Below are positions 43,356 through 55,823 of a stretch of DNA of 64,000 nucleotides, piece after piece (position 1 is the stretch's first letter; each line of letters begins with the position of its first letter). The DNA is from the human T2T-CHM13v2.0 reference genome, Homo sapiens, in the NCBI RefSeq assembly GCF_009914755.1, contig NC_060941.1, one strand, 5' to 3'. A program made the position numbers and the translations under genes. The notes below the pieces were generated by a model. It was not told where the DNA came from, ran no database searches, and saw only the letters and a list, made by a program, of their open reading frames with translations.

Positions 43356-43844
43356 GTAGGAAGTTCAGATCCAAGTTTAGATGGGGGTGCCATGAAGTTG
43401 GGGTAGTTGGCCTGTTGCCATTCCAATGCTTGATGTGGACTTTTTTTTTTTTTTTTTTTTTTTTGAGATGGAGTCTCACTCTGTTGCCCAGGCTGGAGTG
43501 CAGTGGAATGATCTTGCAATCTCTACCTCCCGGGTTCAAGCAGTTCTCCTGCCTCAGCCTCCAGAGCAGCTGGGATTACAGGCGTGCGCCACCGTGTGCT
43601 GCTAATTTTTGTATTTTTAGTAGAGACAGGGTTGCACCATGTTGGCCAGGCTGGTCTCAAACTCCTGGCCTCAAGTGATCCTCTTGCCTCAGTTTCCCAA
43701 AATGCTGGGATTACAGGCCTGAGCCATCATGCCTAGCCTGATGTGGACACTTTTGATAGGGTCTTGTAGGGCTCCCTAGAATTGCTCCATGTTCAGTTAG
43801 TAGCTGTTGAGTCGGAAATGTTCCTCTGTCCCACTGCTTGGCAG

Positions 43845-44041
43845 GATAAACAAGCCCTTGCAGATCAGAAGAAGGCCAAATTCCACCAGACTGAAGGGGA
43901 CCACCTCACCCTGCTAGCTGTGTACAACTCCTGGAAGAACAACAAGTTCTCCAACCCATGGTGCTATGAGAACTTTATCCAGGCTCGTTCCCTGCGCCGG
44001 GCCCAGGACATTCGCAAGCAGATGTTAGGCATAATGGACAG
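43845..44041 (+). CDS. DHX8: DHX8 exon 21 ([10 protein letters not shown]...GIMDR)
   Basis: tggcag| acceptor, |gtaagc donor; 197 nt. Confidence 0.97.
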
Positions 44042-44522
44042 GTAAGCTGGAATCTGATGACTCTGCATGTTTGAGTTGAACCACCTTGAGTATCATGTCT
44101 TTTCATCTCTGTGTGTACCTATAAAGCTATAGGCACCTTTTCTCTTGCTCCTCACATAACCCTTTTCCTCCAGCTTTTCCATCTTTGTTATATTCCTTCT
44201 CCCCAAGTAAGGGTATGCCTGAGAATTACCTCAGATACCTAAGAGGAAGATTATCTGTTAGTTGTTGAAAAAAATGCTCTTTGTTTGCAACCCTCTGGAA
44301 CATTATTACTGTGGAATTGAATACCTGTCTAAACAAAGTGTCTGTCTCTGAGTGCCTCCGTCTGCCCACTGTGTAGAGCTGCCTCTGTAGTACACTTAGG
44401 GCTGGAAGGAAGGTCCTGGTGACTACTCTGGGCACCCCAAGATGGATGTGTTGGGCACTGTCATTGTGAAAATAGACCTGTGAAAGCTGAGTGGGCTCAT
44501 ATCTTTTGTCCTATCTTGATAG

Positions 44523-44702
44523 ACACAAGCTGGATGTTGTTTCCTGTGGCAAGTCCACAGTCCGAGTGCAGAAGGCCATCTGCAGTGGGTTCTTCCGTAA
44601 TGCTGCCAAGAAAGACCCGCAGGAGGGTTACCGGACACTGATCGACCAGCAGGTGGTCTATATCCATCCTTCCAGTGCCCTCTTCAACAGACAGCCAGAA
44701 TG
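44523..44702 (+). CDS. DHX8: DHX8 exon 22 (OB fold, ...[16 protein letters not shown])
   Basis: tgatag| acceptor, |gtaggt donor; 180 nt, ends in phase 2. Confidence 0.97.
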
Positions 44703-45262
44703 GTAGGTGGACATGTCCCAGGGTCTAGGGGCTTTTCTGGGCAGAGAAAAACCTGTAAATTTCCTGGTATTTTGTGATTGTGTCTTCACTACTCCCAGTA
44801 TGTCCTAGTATAACACTGCTTGCCTTTCTAGAGCAGCAGAAACCTGAATTAGGCACAATGTATCAAACCCTATGAGAGAATTAAAATCATAGGGGTGAGA
44901 CCTAGTTGAAAAAAAAAATTGTGGTTTAAAAAACTACGTAGTGGCCAGGCACAGTGGCTCATGCCTGTAATCCCAGCACTTTGGGAGGCTGAGGTGGGCA
45001 GATCAGCCGAGGTCGGGAGTTCAAGACCAGCCTGACCAACATGGAGAAACCCTGTCTCTACTAAAAATACAAAATTAGCCAGGTATGGTGGCGCATGCCT
45101 GTAATCCCAGCTACTTGGGAGGCTGAGACAGGACAATCGCTTGAACCCAGGAGGTGGAGGTTGCAGTGAGCCGAAATCACCCATTGCACTCCAGCCTGGG
45201 CAACAAGAGCGAAACTCCATCTCAAAAAAAAAAAAAAAAAAAAAACAACTACCTAGGGGCTA

Positions 45263-45586
<324 letters not shown>

Positions 45587-46102
45587 TTAAAAAAAAAAAC
45601 TTGTTTTAAAGTAGCATTTTTAAAAAATTGGACTCTATCTAGAACCCTAATATAAAACTGATTTAAAACCACCATGTTATCACAGTAGAAGGGTTAGAAA
45701 TGTGGCTCCTTGCATGTTTGGCCTTCTCCATCCCTTGTGGCAGTGTGAGGCCCCTCTTCAGAGCCCTAGAATTCTGTGGAAACATTCTAATAAACATCCT
45801 CACATTTTATAGAGCAAGAAACAGATTAGAGAAGGGATGTGATTGGCTCCATGTCACTTAACTAGTTAGAGCCAGAGCCAGGACTAGAATACATTCTCCT
45901 GAGACCTTTCTTGTGGTTAGAGGTGTGCGGGTGCTTCAGTATTGGGGTGTGGCTGTCATAAACAGACTGCAGTCTTATAGGTGTCAGGCAGGAGAGGTAA
46001 TAGTATAAAATGTAAGCTCAGCTGAGGCCTACTAGGGACCAGGTTGACTGTAGAGTGGGGCCTATATCCAGAGGCTTGAGTACTATCTCTGTCCCCCCTC
46101 AG

Positions 46103-46322
46103 GGTGGTGTACCATGAGCTGGTGCTCACCACCAAGGAATACATGCGTGAAGTTACCACCATCGACCCTCGGTGGCTTGTGGAGTTTGCCCCAGCCTTCT
46201 TCAAGGTCTCAGACCCAACTAAGCTAAGCAAACAGAAGAAGCAACAGCGTCTTGAACCCTTGTACAACCGCTATGAGGAACCCAATGCCTGGAGAATATC
46301 TCGAGCTTTCCGACGGCGCTGA
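46103..46322 (+). CDS. DHX8: DHX8 exon 23 coding part (VVYHELV...SRAFRRR*)
   Basis: cctcag| acceptor, TGA 46320-46322; all exons sum to 3663 nt = 1220 aa. Confidence 0.98.
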
Positions 46323-47431
46323 AAGGCAAGATTGTTCCTTTGCCTCTCCAGCAGCAGTAGCCAGGGCTTGGACTTATCGATGACAGGCTGGTCCTGAGGA
46401 TACAGCTGTCCCGTGACTGACTGTCTTAACTGAGCATTTTCTCAACTCGACTCTCATTTCTTCCCTGCTGGTAAAATAGAAACAGGGATTTAAACCTGGC
46501 TTTGGCAAGAGCCTGCAGCCTCCATCACCCCAAGTCCTTGGGCCCAGTTGGGAGCTCATATCTAACACAGAGACACATTGCATCAACTTCAAGAAAGGGA
46601 CAATTTGTGCAGCTCCAGGATGGGAAGGTGGAGTGGGTGAGCATCTTGTGCAGGGACATGGTGAGTGCCCTGATGCCCCAGCTAGCAGGAGCTACTGTGC
46701 TCATCTAAAGTGTTTGCCCCACTTCCCACCCCGTCTCCAGCCCCTGTACTTTGGCTTGACCTCGTGGAAATATTTATTTTCTTAAGGAAACAAAAATGGT
46801 TTTCTGTGACTGTTTTCTTTTAGCCGAAAGGTTAGGATATTGGCCTGGGCTCAGGGTGAGGGAGATTTAGTATCTGTGCTCTGGCACACATGATGAGAAT
46901 CCCCTGAATCCCCTGAAACCAGAACGCAGGGCCTCTTTGCGCTCGGAAACGACGTACAACCCAGACTTCCAGCCTTGTCTTTCAGCATCAGCACTAGCCG
47001 GGCCGTGCTGGGGGATCACCCGATGATCAACCATGTCCTCTCCACAGAGCACTTCAGTCTGGAGGCCTGAGTGGCTACAGATGGCACATATTAAATACAG
47101 AAGGTTTCCCCTTGCTCCCTCCACCTCCCACATTCGCAATGTGCAGCATGTCCCATTTCCTTTTGAAACATACTAAGTAACAACACAGCTTTTATTTTAT
47201 TTTGTTTTTATTTTTTTCCCCTGAGGTCCTGGATGGACTTTAACAAAGGGATTTTATGGTCAAAACCTCCCTTTCCCCACTCCAAACAGAAAACAAACAT
47301 AACACCTCTCCTCTCAGCTGGTTTGTGCTGCCAGTATCTGTGCTGCAGGGCTTGTTCTTAGTGGTTTTTTCCTAGCACTTGCTTGGAGAATAGCCACCTC
47401 CTTGTGCCCTCCTCACAGCTCCTGAGGAGGG

Positions 47432-48245
47432 TTTTTTTTTTTTCTTCCCATAGAGATGGGTTCCCACTGTGCTGCCCAGGCTGCTCTCCAATCCCTGGCG
47501 TCAAGCAATCCTCCTGCCTCTGCCTCCCAAAGCGCTGGGATTACAGTTGAGAGCCACTGTCCTCTGCACTGAGGAGGCTCCTTACCTGGCGGAACATCAG
47601 GCAGGTCTTGCCAGGCCAGGTTTCGGAACTTACGGAAAGCTGGTCTGGATGTAGTGCTTGTAGAGAAGCTTCTGAGAGATTGGGCACATCCTGTTACGTT
47701 GCTGCTTCTCCTGTCCTTATGTTATTAGTAAGTTCTGAAGTGATGTAAATGCTAGAACTACTGTAGAACTGTATGCCAGACACTAAGAGAGACTATGTAA
47801 CATTCCAGGATATAAAGGAATGTATGTTGTCACTGGGCAGCAAACCACACCCTAAAGACAATTCAGAAAGAGTCCGAGGGAGAGGAATATAGGCCAGGCA
47901 ATCTGCTGGCTGCAGATCCCTGCCCCTTCATTAAGCTGAGTGCCTCCTGATTCTGTCTGAGTATTCGCCTTTGTAAGCCCAGGCCAGTAATCAAGGGGCA
48001 GGGCATTGTTGTGTGTTAACCTTGAAGGCCTTCTGGGGAGAGACAGTACAGGGACCTCAAATGAAACCAAAGGGGAAACGGGGACTGGGCACCCACCTCC
48101 CCAATCTCGTTTTGTTTTTGTTTTTGTTAAGACAGGATCTTGCCATCTTGCCTAGGCTGGCATCAAACTCCTGAGCTCAAGTGATCTTCCTGCCTCAGCC
48201 TCCTGAGTAGCTGGGACTACAGGTGCATGCCACCACACCTGGCTC
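47432..48245 (-). mobile_element. Two antisense Alu monomers downstream of the DHX8 stop (~47432-47560, ~48110-48245)
   Basis: Alu monomer consensus. Confidence 0.8.
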
Positions 48246-48970
48246 CCAGTCCTAATTCCAGCCTAAATTTTCCCCATTCAGAAACACTCCTGGATATAGT
48301 GGCCCAGCCTGTCCTGACTGAGTGCCCAGCACTGACAATGTTGACACCTGGGGAGGGAGGGTTGGGTTTCAAGCTGAGGTTGAAAAGGGATGTTGAATGG
48401 GCTAAGGATAAGAGACAGCAGGGTTCGTTATCTTTTCTGGCTCAGGTGGAGGAAAAAGAAGGATCCCCATTCTGTGGGTGTTCCTTGACCATCTCTCTAC
48501 GCTAGAGCTGAGGTCACTTCTCTGCTATGACAACATAGCTGGGTTCTGACCTTTTGACCATCAGGAAAGCAATGTCAGCAGCTGAGCTGAGCCTGCTCTG
48601 AGGGAGAAGGGGGGGGTCCTGTCCAGATGCAGAAGGGGAGCTTGCCTGCTGCTCTCACACAATGGAGCCCTTGTTTCTCTTCCTTGAACCAGTATTTCCC
48701 AAGATTGAGTGACAGCCCAGGAGAGGATGTGGGTCTCATGCAGAGAGCTGGGATCTTCTTGGCCATTAAAGTATATTGTTCACCCCCACCCCGCGAGAAC
48801 CAAGCTCAGGAGTTGCCTGCCTCTGCACACATGCTGAGTGTGCTGTTTGTGTATATGGCAGGACCGTCCCTATGGGGCATGTGTGAGCTCCGCAGCTGGG
48901 TCAGGCTCCTCGGTCCAGGTTTACTTCATCCCGCCTGGACGTGATTTGGCTTTGACTGTCTCTCCTGCAG

Positions 48971-49073
48971 CCCAAAGCACTTCCTCCCTGTGGTTGCTGT
49001 AGCTGTCTCATTGGAGCAGTGCCTCTCCAAGTTTGAGGATTTGAACAAAGAACTGGGACTGGTGACTTGTTAA
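48971..49073 (+). CDS. DHX8: Alternative DHX8 terminal exon (CPKHFLPVVAVAVSLEQCLSKFEDLNKELGLVTC*), 1181-aa isoform
   Basis: Acceptor ttgactgtctctcctgcag|; open in exon-22 phase; ATTAAA 49244-49249 followed by U-rich sequence. Confidence 0.7.
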
Positions 49074-49243
49074 TGAACAGTTCAGAGGGCAGAGGGCCAT
49101 CATCTCAGCTTGTGGAGACCTTTCTTTCCCTGGATGCTGCTTCTCAGCTAACTCCCTCTCTCTTCGTGTGTGTACTCGGCCTTCAGGGTTTCCACCGATT
49201 TTTACACCTTCTTCCCACCACGATAGCTTGGCTTTAATGTGGA

Positions 49244-49249
49244 ATTAAA
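49244..49249 (+). terminator. DHX8: Candidate distal DHX8 poly(A) signal ATTAAA
   Basis: ATTAAA with downstream U/GU-rich tracts; other candidates at 47090 and 48765. Confidence 0.5.
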
Positions 49250-50337
49250 TTATATATTTTTAAAACCTGTTTTTAAAATTTTGTTTCTTGCACTAAATTA
49301 TGTCAGTACATTGATATTTTGTGTTTCTAGGAAGAAGTAATGTTGCCTTTTATTTGTGGGTAGTAGTCGAGGGGCATCCCTTCCTGCAAGGGATGGTCTC
49401 AGGTTGGTGCTGGGCCAACCTGAGACATGAACAGAGTTGGGCTGGCCCAACCTCAGCACAGCTGCAGTTTCTATTTAACAGGAGAGCACCGGTTTTTACC
49501 TGAGCATGTCTCCTGGGCAGCGGTTTACATAGCAGCTGGCTCTAGAACCACCCATTCTGCCCCTCCCACCTGTTGTCACATCTCAGTCATACGTCCTCCA
49601 TAGGTGTCACCATGTTGTCCACTTTGCCATTTCTACCTACCCCCAAAAAACTCAGCCTCAGGACTCTGATCTCTCCCAAATTTGGGCAAGGAGAATCTAG
49701 GTGTTTCCCACTCCCCGGAAGATCTAATCTCCACTGGCCAGAATCCAGGGCCTGCTCTAGCCTCTCTCTGTACCATCTGGCCTGGGAGCCTTTCTCCTTT
49801 GCCCCATTCTCCAGACAAACACTTGTCCCCAACCCCAGCAAAAGTAGCAACCTAGAGCTGAGGTAGGAGGGAGGACATGCAATTGGGGTCTATGTGGGAC
49901 AGCAGGGTCATGGGAACAACTGGGATCACAGAAACCAAAGACCAAAACCCTGTCTGAGGAAGTCCCAGGAGGGAGACCCTTGCCACTCAGTAGCCCACCT
50001 GACCCGCCCACAGGGGCAGGGAGACTGCTGCTGGAAGCAGGCCCAAAGTGCACAAGGGGCGCCTGTCCAGGTTATCAAGTACCCCCTGTCCATTATTTCT
50101 GGATCCTCACACAGTAATGCTGGGAAGGGGGAAGGGCAGGTATCATTAAGCCCATTTTTCAGAAGAGAAACAGTCAGGTGAACTGCCTTTTTTCAAATCT
50201 ACATGAGGATTTAAGCGCCAGGGCCTGGCCCCAAACCAGTCAGCTCTGCTTCAAGACCAGAGCTCTTTCTACCCCCAGGTCTGTTCCCACATGGCAGCAA
50301 AGAGGACACAGGAGAACTAATGGGAGAAGTGGGGGCC

Positions 50338-50343
50338 TTTATT
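50338..50343 (-). terminator. ETV4: ETV4 poly(A) signal AATAAA
   Basis: TTTATT on + strand, about 650 nt past the ETV4 stop. Confidence 0.8.
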
Positions 50344-50993
50344 AAGGTCTGGCAGATGTGGTGGAGGTGGAAGTACAAACCCAGGCCTGGGCCTAGGAAA
50401 GGGCAGAAGAAAGGCAAAGGGTCCCTTGGAGCAGGAACCCATCCCTCTCTGCTTATACCCAGCACCCCTCATCCCAGGTTCCTTTCTTCAACCTCCGCCT
50501 GCCTCTGGGAACACAGAGCACCAAGAACTGACAAACCGGGACCCTCCAGGGCCACAGCGTGGGGCAGAGTCCAGGCTTCTGTCTCCCCGCAGTGGGAGAT
50601 CTGGGGAGCTCAGTGAACCTCCTCACCCTCCTGCCAGTATGAAGTTGGGAAGCGCCTTCTCTGTCCCCCAGAACAGAACAAACTCTTGTTCTCTGTGGTT
50701 GGGGAAAAGGTGTGGGGGGCTTGGACCTAGGAAGAAGCTGAGCTGAATTCCTCCAGGGCCCAGGTGAAACCCCCAGGGGAGTTTCTGAGACTCTAGACTT
50801 GCCATTTCTCCACTTTTCCTTCCCAATGACTCCGGTGAGCAGCTCAGAGTCTGGGCTAGGGCAACTGGTAGGACAGTGGGGATCTGCCCCAGAGACATCT
50901 GTGGGTTTCAGATGAAGGTTTCCCCAACACCAGATTCATTTATATGTACACAGGGCAGCACCCACCTGCGGCAGGGGGAACAGCCGCTGGGGG

Positions 50994-51218
50994 CTAGTAA
51001 GAGTAGCCACCCTTGGGGCCAAATGGCTGGGCGGGGCCAGCCAGCTCTGGGAGGTAGGCGGGGCTCTCATCCAAGTGGGACAAAGGGACTGTGTCCTCCT
51101 CACTGACAGGCCGGTCAAACTCAGCCTTGAGAGCTGGACGCTGATTGTCCGGGAAGGCCAAAGAGAAGAGGGCCTCGGGCTCACACACAAACTTGTACAC
51201 GTAACGCTCACCAGCCAC
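50994..51218 (-). CDS. ETV4: ETV4 last exon (13) coding part (VAGERYVYKF...GGYSY*)
   Basis: End of PEA3-type ETS domain and C-terminus; acceptor ccatag|; 225 nt. Confidence 0.97.
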   Translation of the reverse strand: MAGERYVYKFVCEPEALFSLAFPDNQRPALKAEFDRPVSEEDTVPLSHLDESPAYLPELAGPAQPFGPKGGYSY

Positions 51219-51609
51219 CTATGGGGAGAGAGAAGGTCTGGTCAGCCTGGCTAGCCGCCCAGCCTTTGTATGGGGTAAGGTGGGGGAGTGGGGAATGTGG
51301 CCCTTCTACCAGTACAGGCAGATGCTCGGGGCATTTCTCTCCCATGCTGGTTCCTGAGAAGCTGACTCTCCCTTCACAGTTCTTACTCCTTTTTCATCTC
51401 AACTTCTCCATGCTTGGGCTTCTCAGTTACAGTGTTGCACTTTTTTGGGGGAGGAGAACCTTGGGATTCTCCACAATTTCTTGTCTCTCTGACTGATTCA
51501 TTATCTGATCCTACAAAGTTGCTGAGAACTGCCCTGCTGACCCTCTCCCCAGTCAGCTTCTCACAGCCACTGCCCCCCACCACCTTGTCCCTAGACCCAC
51601 AGCCCCCAC

Positions 51610-51711
51610 CTTCTGCATGATGCCTTTCTCATAATAGTATCGGAGCGAGCGGCTCAGCTTGTCGTAATTCATGGCTGGCCGGTTCTTCTGGATGCCCCAG
51701 AGCCTGGCGAC
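51610..51711 (-). CDS. ETV4: ETV4 exon 12 ([34 protein letters not shown])
   Basis: ETS recognition helix; GT-AG boundaries; 102 nt. Confidence 0.98.
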
Positions 51712-51978
51712 CTGGGAACAAAACAGTTTTGGGGTAGAGATGCTACCTTGGCAGAGGAAAAAATGGGGGTAAGGTCAGAAAGAGCACTTGAGATTCTTGG
51801 TGCAAAGTGCCAAGCTAGCTCTGCAACAAAGCATCAGCCCACAGACTTAGGCTTGGCAAGAATTCAGGTTAGGTAAAGCAAGAATCATGATGGAGGCACG
51901 TGCCACCATTTCCCAGGTTCTCCCACCTCCAGGCTGTAAACTTTGGAAAGGAGGGCTGGGAACATCCGAGAGGCCCAC

Positions 51979-52151
51979 CTCCTCAGGCTCAATGAGCTTG
52001 AACTCCATTCCCCGGCCCGTCCAGGCAATGAAATGGGCATTTGTTGGGTCATCCAGCAAGGCCACCAGAAATTGCCACAGCTGCAGGGCACCCCGGCGCT
52101 GGTAGGGCGGCCCCTCTCGAAATGCACCGACCCCTTCCTGCTTGATGTCTC
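51979..52151 (-). CDS. ETV4: ETV4 exon 11 (DIKQE...[14 protein letters not shown]...IEPEE)
   Basis: Start of ETS domain; 173 nt; GT-AG. Confidence 0.98.
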
Positions 52152-52358
52152 CTGGGGAACACGAAAATAGGAGGTGTGGGGTTTGTGTCTTTTGGTCCCC
52201 CAAGCAACCGCCTCCCACCCGAGGGATTTCTCGAAGGGGTCTCCCCAGGTACTTTTCTATGGGTCCCACCCTCTTGCAACAATGAAACGTGATGTGACTC
52301 CTGCAGGGACACAGCGTGATAAGACCTTGACCCTCCCATCAACAGTCACTTCTCTGAC

Positions 52359-52427
52359 CTTCAAATTTCTCAGGGACAACGCAGACATCATCTGGGAATG
52401 GTCGCAGAGGTTTCTCATAGCCATAGC
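52359..52427 (-). CDS. ETV4: ETV4 exon 10 (GYGYEKPLRPFPDDVCVVPEKFE)
   Basis: cacaag| acceptor, |gtcaga donor; 69 nt. Confidence 0.95.
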
Positions 52428-52581
52428 CTTGTGGAGGAAATTGGGGGTTGCTCAGATCTGGGGGTTCACCGATGAGACCCCAGAGAGTCCAGAGGGACTC
52501 CTGGCCAGGGAGACCCTCCCCCATGGCAGCGCTCCCTCCCCCAACATGGAGGGCTTGGCAGGGGAAGGGGGGCTGCCTTAC

Positions 52582-52656
52582 CCATGGCCCCGTCACCTGG
52601 AGAGGGCCCAGAGAAGCCCTCTGTGTGGAGGTACATTGATGCGCACCCGGTGACAT
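52582..52656 (-). CDS. ETV4: ETV4 exon 9 (DVTGCASMYLHTEGFSGPSPGDGAM)
   Basis: ccacag| acceptor, |gtaagg donor; 75 nt. Confidence 0.95.
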
Positions 52657-53071
52657 CTGTGGGGGAAGAAGGGGTGATGTGAGAAGTGGCTTGGGGTGGA
52701 GCTCGAGGGCAGGGGAGGAGGAAGTCCTATCCACATTCAAGAATTTCTTCCTTCCAGCCTGCTTCCTGGTGACTGTTCTTTGCCCAGGTTGCCTGCCAAC
52801 CACAAAATCCCAGGGAAAGTTCACCCAGAGGGAGTGTGATGCTGGAACCCCTCCTCAACTTGAGGGCTGCGGCTGAGGCCATGGAAGGCAGCAGCGGGGG
52901 CTGGGCAAGCTGTTCTGAAGGGCCCAAGCTGCCAGGGAGCAGCTGTTTCCTGCGAGTTCAGGGGGAGGAGGGAGGGTGAGATGAACGTCCGGGGAAAGAG
53001 TTCGGTGTCCACGCCTAAGACTCCCTCAGAATGGACAAAAATGTCCGGTCAGCAGGTCAGGTTCCCAGCCC

Positions 53072-53109
53072 TGTGCACGCGCGCGTGTGTGTGTGTGTGT
53101 GTGTGTGTG
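53072..53109 (+). repeat. (CG)n(TG)n alternating purine-pyrimidine tract
   Basis: TGTGCACGCGCGCGTGTGTG... seen directly. Confidence 0.95.
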
Positions 53110-53322
53110 AGACAGAAACAGAGCGTGCGCCTGCATGCACCTGGGGAAGAGGCAGTGGGCACTGGGCCTTGTTTTTTCAGGTCTAACAGAGCACATTCCA
53201 CTTCGTTTCATTCCATTCCATAGGATAGGAACCTTCCCACTCCACATCGGGAAGGCGGCTGTGTGAAGCCACCCGTTCAAGTTCCAACCCCTTCCCGCCC
53301 TCCCCCCACTGCACTCCCACCT

Positions 53323-53422
53323 ATGAATGAGAAGATGGTGAAACATGACACCTCCGGGAGGAGGCGGGAGGGTGGGCTCATTCATGCCTCCATTTTGTGA
53401 ATGGAATTCCTGACTCCATTCA
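53323..53422. promoter_or_regulatory. Cluster of Capicua (CIC)-type octamers in ETV4 intron 8
   Basis: TGAATGGA 53398-53405, TCCATTCA 53415-53422, near-matches TGAATGAG 53324-53331 and CTCATTCA 53377-53384. Confidence 0.6.
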
Positions 53423-53979
53423 GGAGTAGCTGGGGGGAGGGGCAGGAGTTCAAGGGCATGTAACACAATCCCCTCCGGTCTACAGCCTTTGAAGGTCAGC
53501 GGCAAGAGTGCCTCCCTCCTCCTCTCCCCAGCTCACTGCCAAGCCTGGCTCAGGCTTATGCCCTGGATTTGAGGACAGGAGCACCATCCGGTTCTTAGTT
53601 GGACAGCCTGGGGGGTTGTGGTTCATCCCCCTGCCCTTGAACGGTTGTGGGCACCACAAAAAGGGAAATTCTAAAGTTCTAGCTAGCTCTGGGCCTACTC
53701 TAATAAACTCAGATCTAGGGCTACTAATGTAACAAAAGCCAGGAGGAAAGAAGAAAAGGCAGGGTTTTCTGGACCCTTCCTGGGACTGGCCCTCCTTCGG
53801 CCCTTGAGGCTTTGAACTATAGCTATTTATGAACACAGGTGAGTGCATCTCACTCCAGTCAACAGCCAGGTGGAACTAGAATTTAAAGAAGTCCCTACTT
53901 CCTCTGCCCTTGCCTCTGGCCAGGGCATACATCAATTGGGAGGCTCAAATATGTAAGCCACATATTAACCTGTGCTTCT

Positions 53980-55114
<1,135 letters not shown>

Positions 55115-55148
55115 TCACATGCCACCCTGCCCCACCCCAGTCTCTTAC

Positions 55149-55414
55149 CTGAGTCGTAGGCGAAGTCCGTCTGTTCCTGTTTGATCACCACCCCCGCCCC
55201 TGGGTACCTGTGCCCATTGACCCCACCCTGGTCCACGGCTGGCTGGCCCGCCTGTTCATACAGGGGATCATGGTATTCTTGCTTAAAGCTCTGCTGGGGA
55301 TAGGGTGGGCAGGGCTCCGACAGCTGGTGTTGGTAGGGGGCTGGGAGGGGTTCCCGGCCCCCTCCCTGAGATGTGAAGGAGTGGCAAATGTCCAGGGGCT
55401 GCTGGAAGACGGAG
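55149..55414 (-). CDS. ETV4: ETV4 exon 8 (SSVFQQP...FKQE...IKQEQTDFAYDS)
   Basis: atccag| acceptor, |gtaaga donor; 266 nt; psi-KxE SUMO-type motifs. Confidence 0.95.
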
Positions 55415-55661
55415 CTGGATGTGGTTGGATGGAGAAGGAAGAGAAGAGAACTTTAAATTAATCCTTCCTCGAGCCTGTTACTCCTAGGCTTTTAGAGTGG
55501 GCTCCGGAATGGGGGGTAGGGGGTTGGGGTGTCAGTATTTCTCCCTTTCTATTCCACTGCCCCCTGCCTCTACCACCCCACAGCTCAAGTCTTTATGGAG
55601 AACACTCAGGAATTGAAAAAACACCTGGGCCCATGAGCAGTGGGTTTCCCTGTCTCCTTAC

Positions 55662-55823
55662 CTATGTTCCCCGAGGTACCCATGGCCAGGGTGGGGCTGG
55701 GAGGTGCCAGAGGATCTCAGGAAATTCCGTTGCTCTGCCCGGGGAAAGGGCTGTAGGGGCGACTGTCCAAGGGCACCAGGGGCAGGGGACTTGATGGCGA
55801 TTTGTCTGGGGGGGTCATAGGCA
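55662..55823 (-). CDS. ETV4: ETV4 exon 7 (AYDPPRQIAIKSPAPG...YLGEH)
   Basis: ctccag| acceptor, |gtaagg donor; 162 nt, symmetric phase 2-2. Confidence 0.95.

Noticed and set aside
46889-46916. ATGATGA followed by CTGA twice in the DHX8 3' UTR
   Set aside because: Boxes are too close; explained by a GAATCCCCT micro-duplication.
55511-55529. G-rich run, possible G-quadruplex
   Set aside because: Only three clear G tracts; common in this GC-rich gene.
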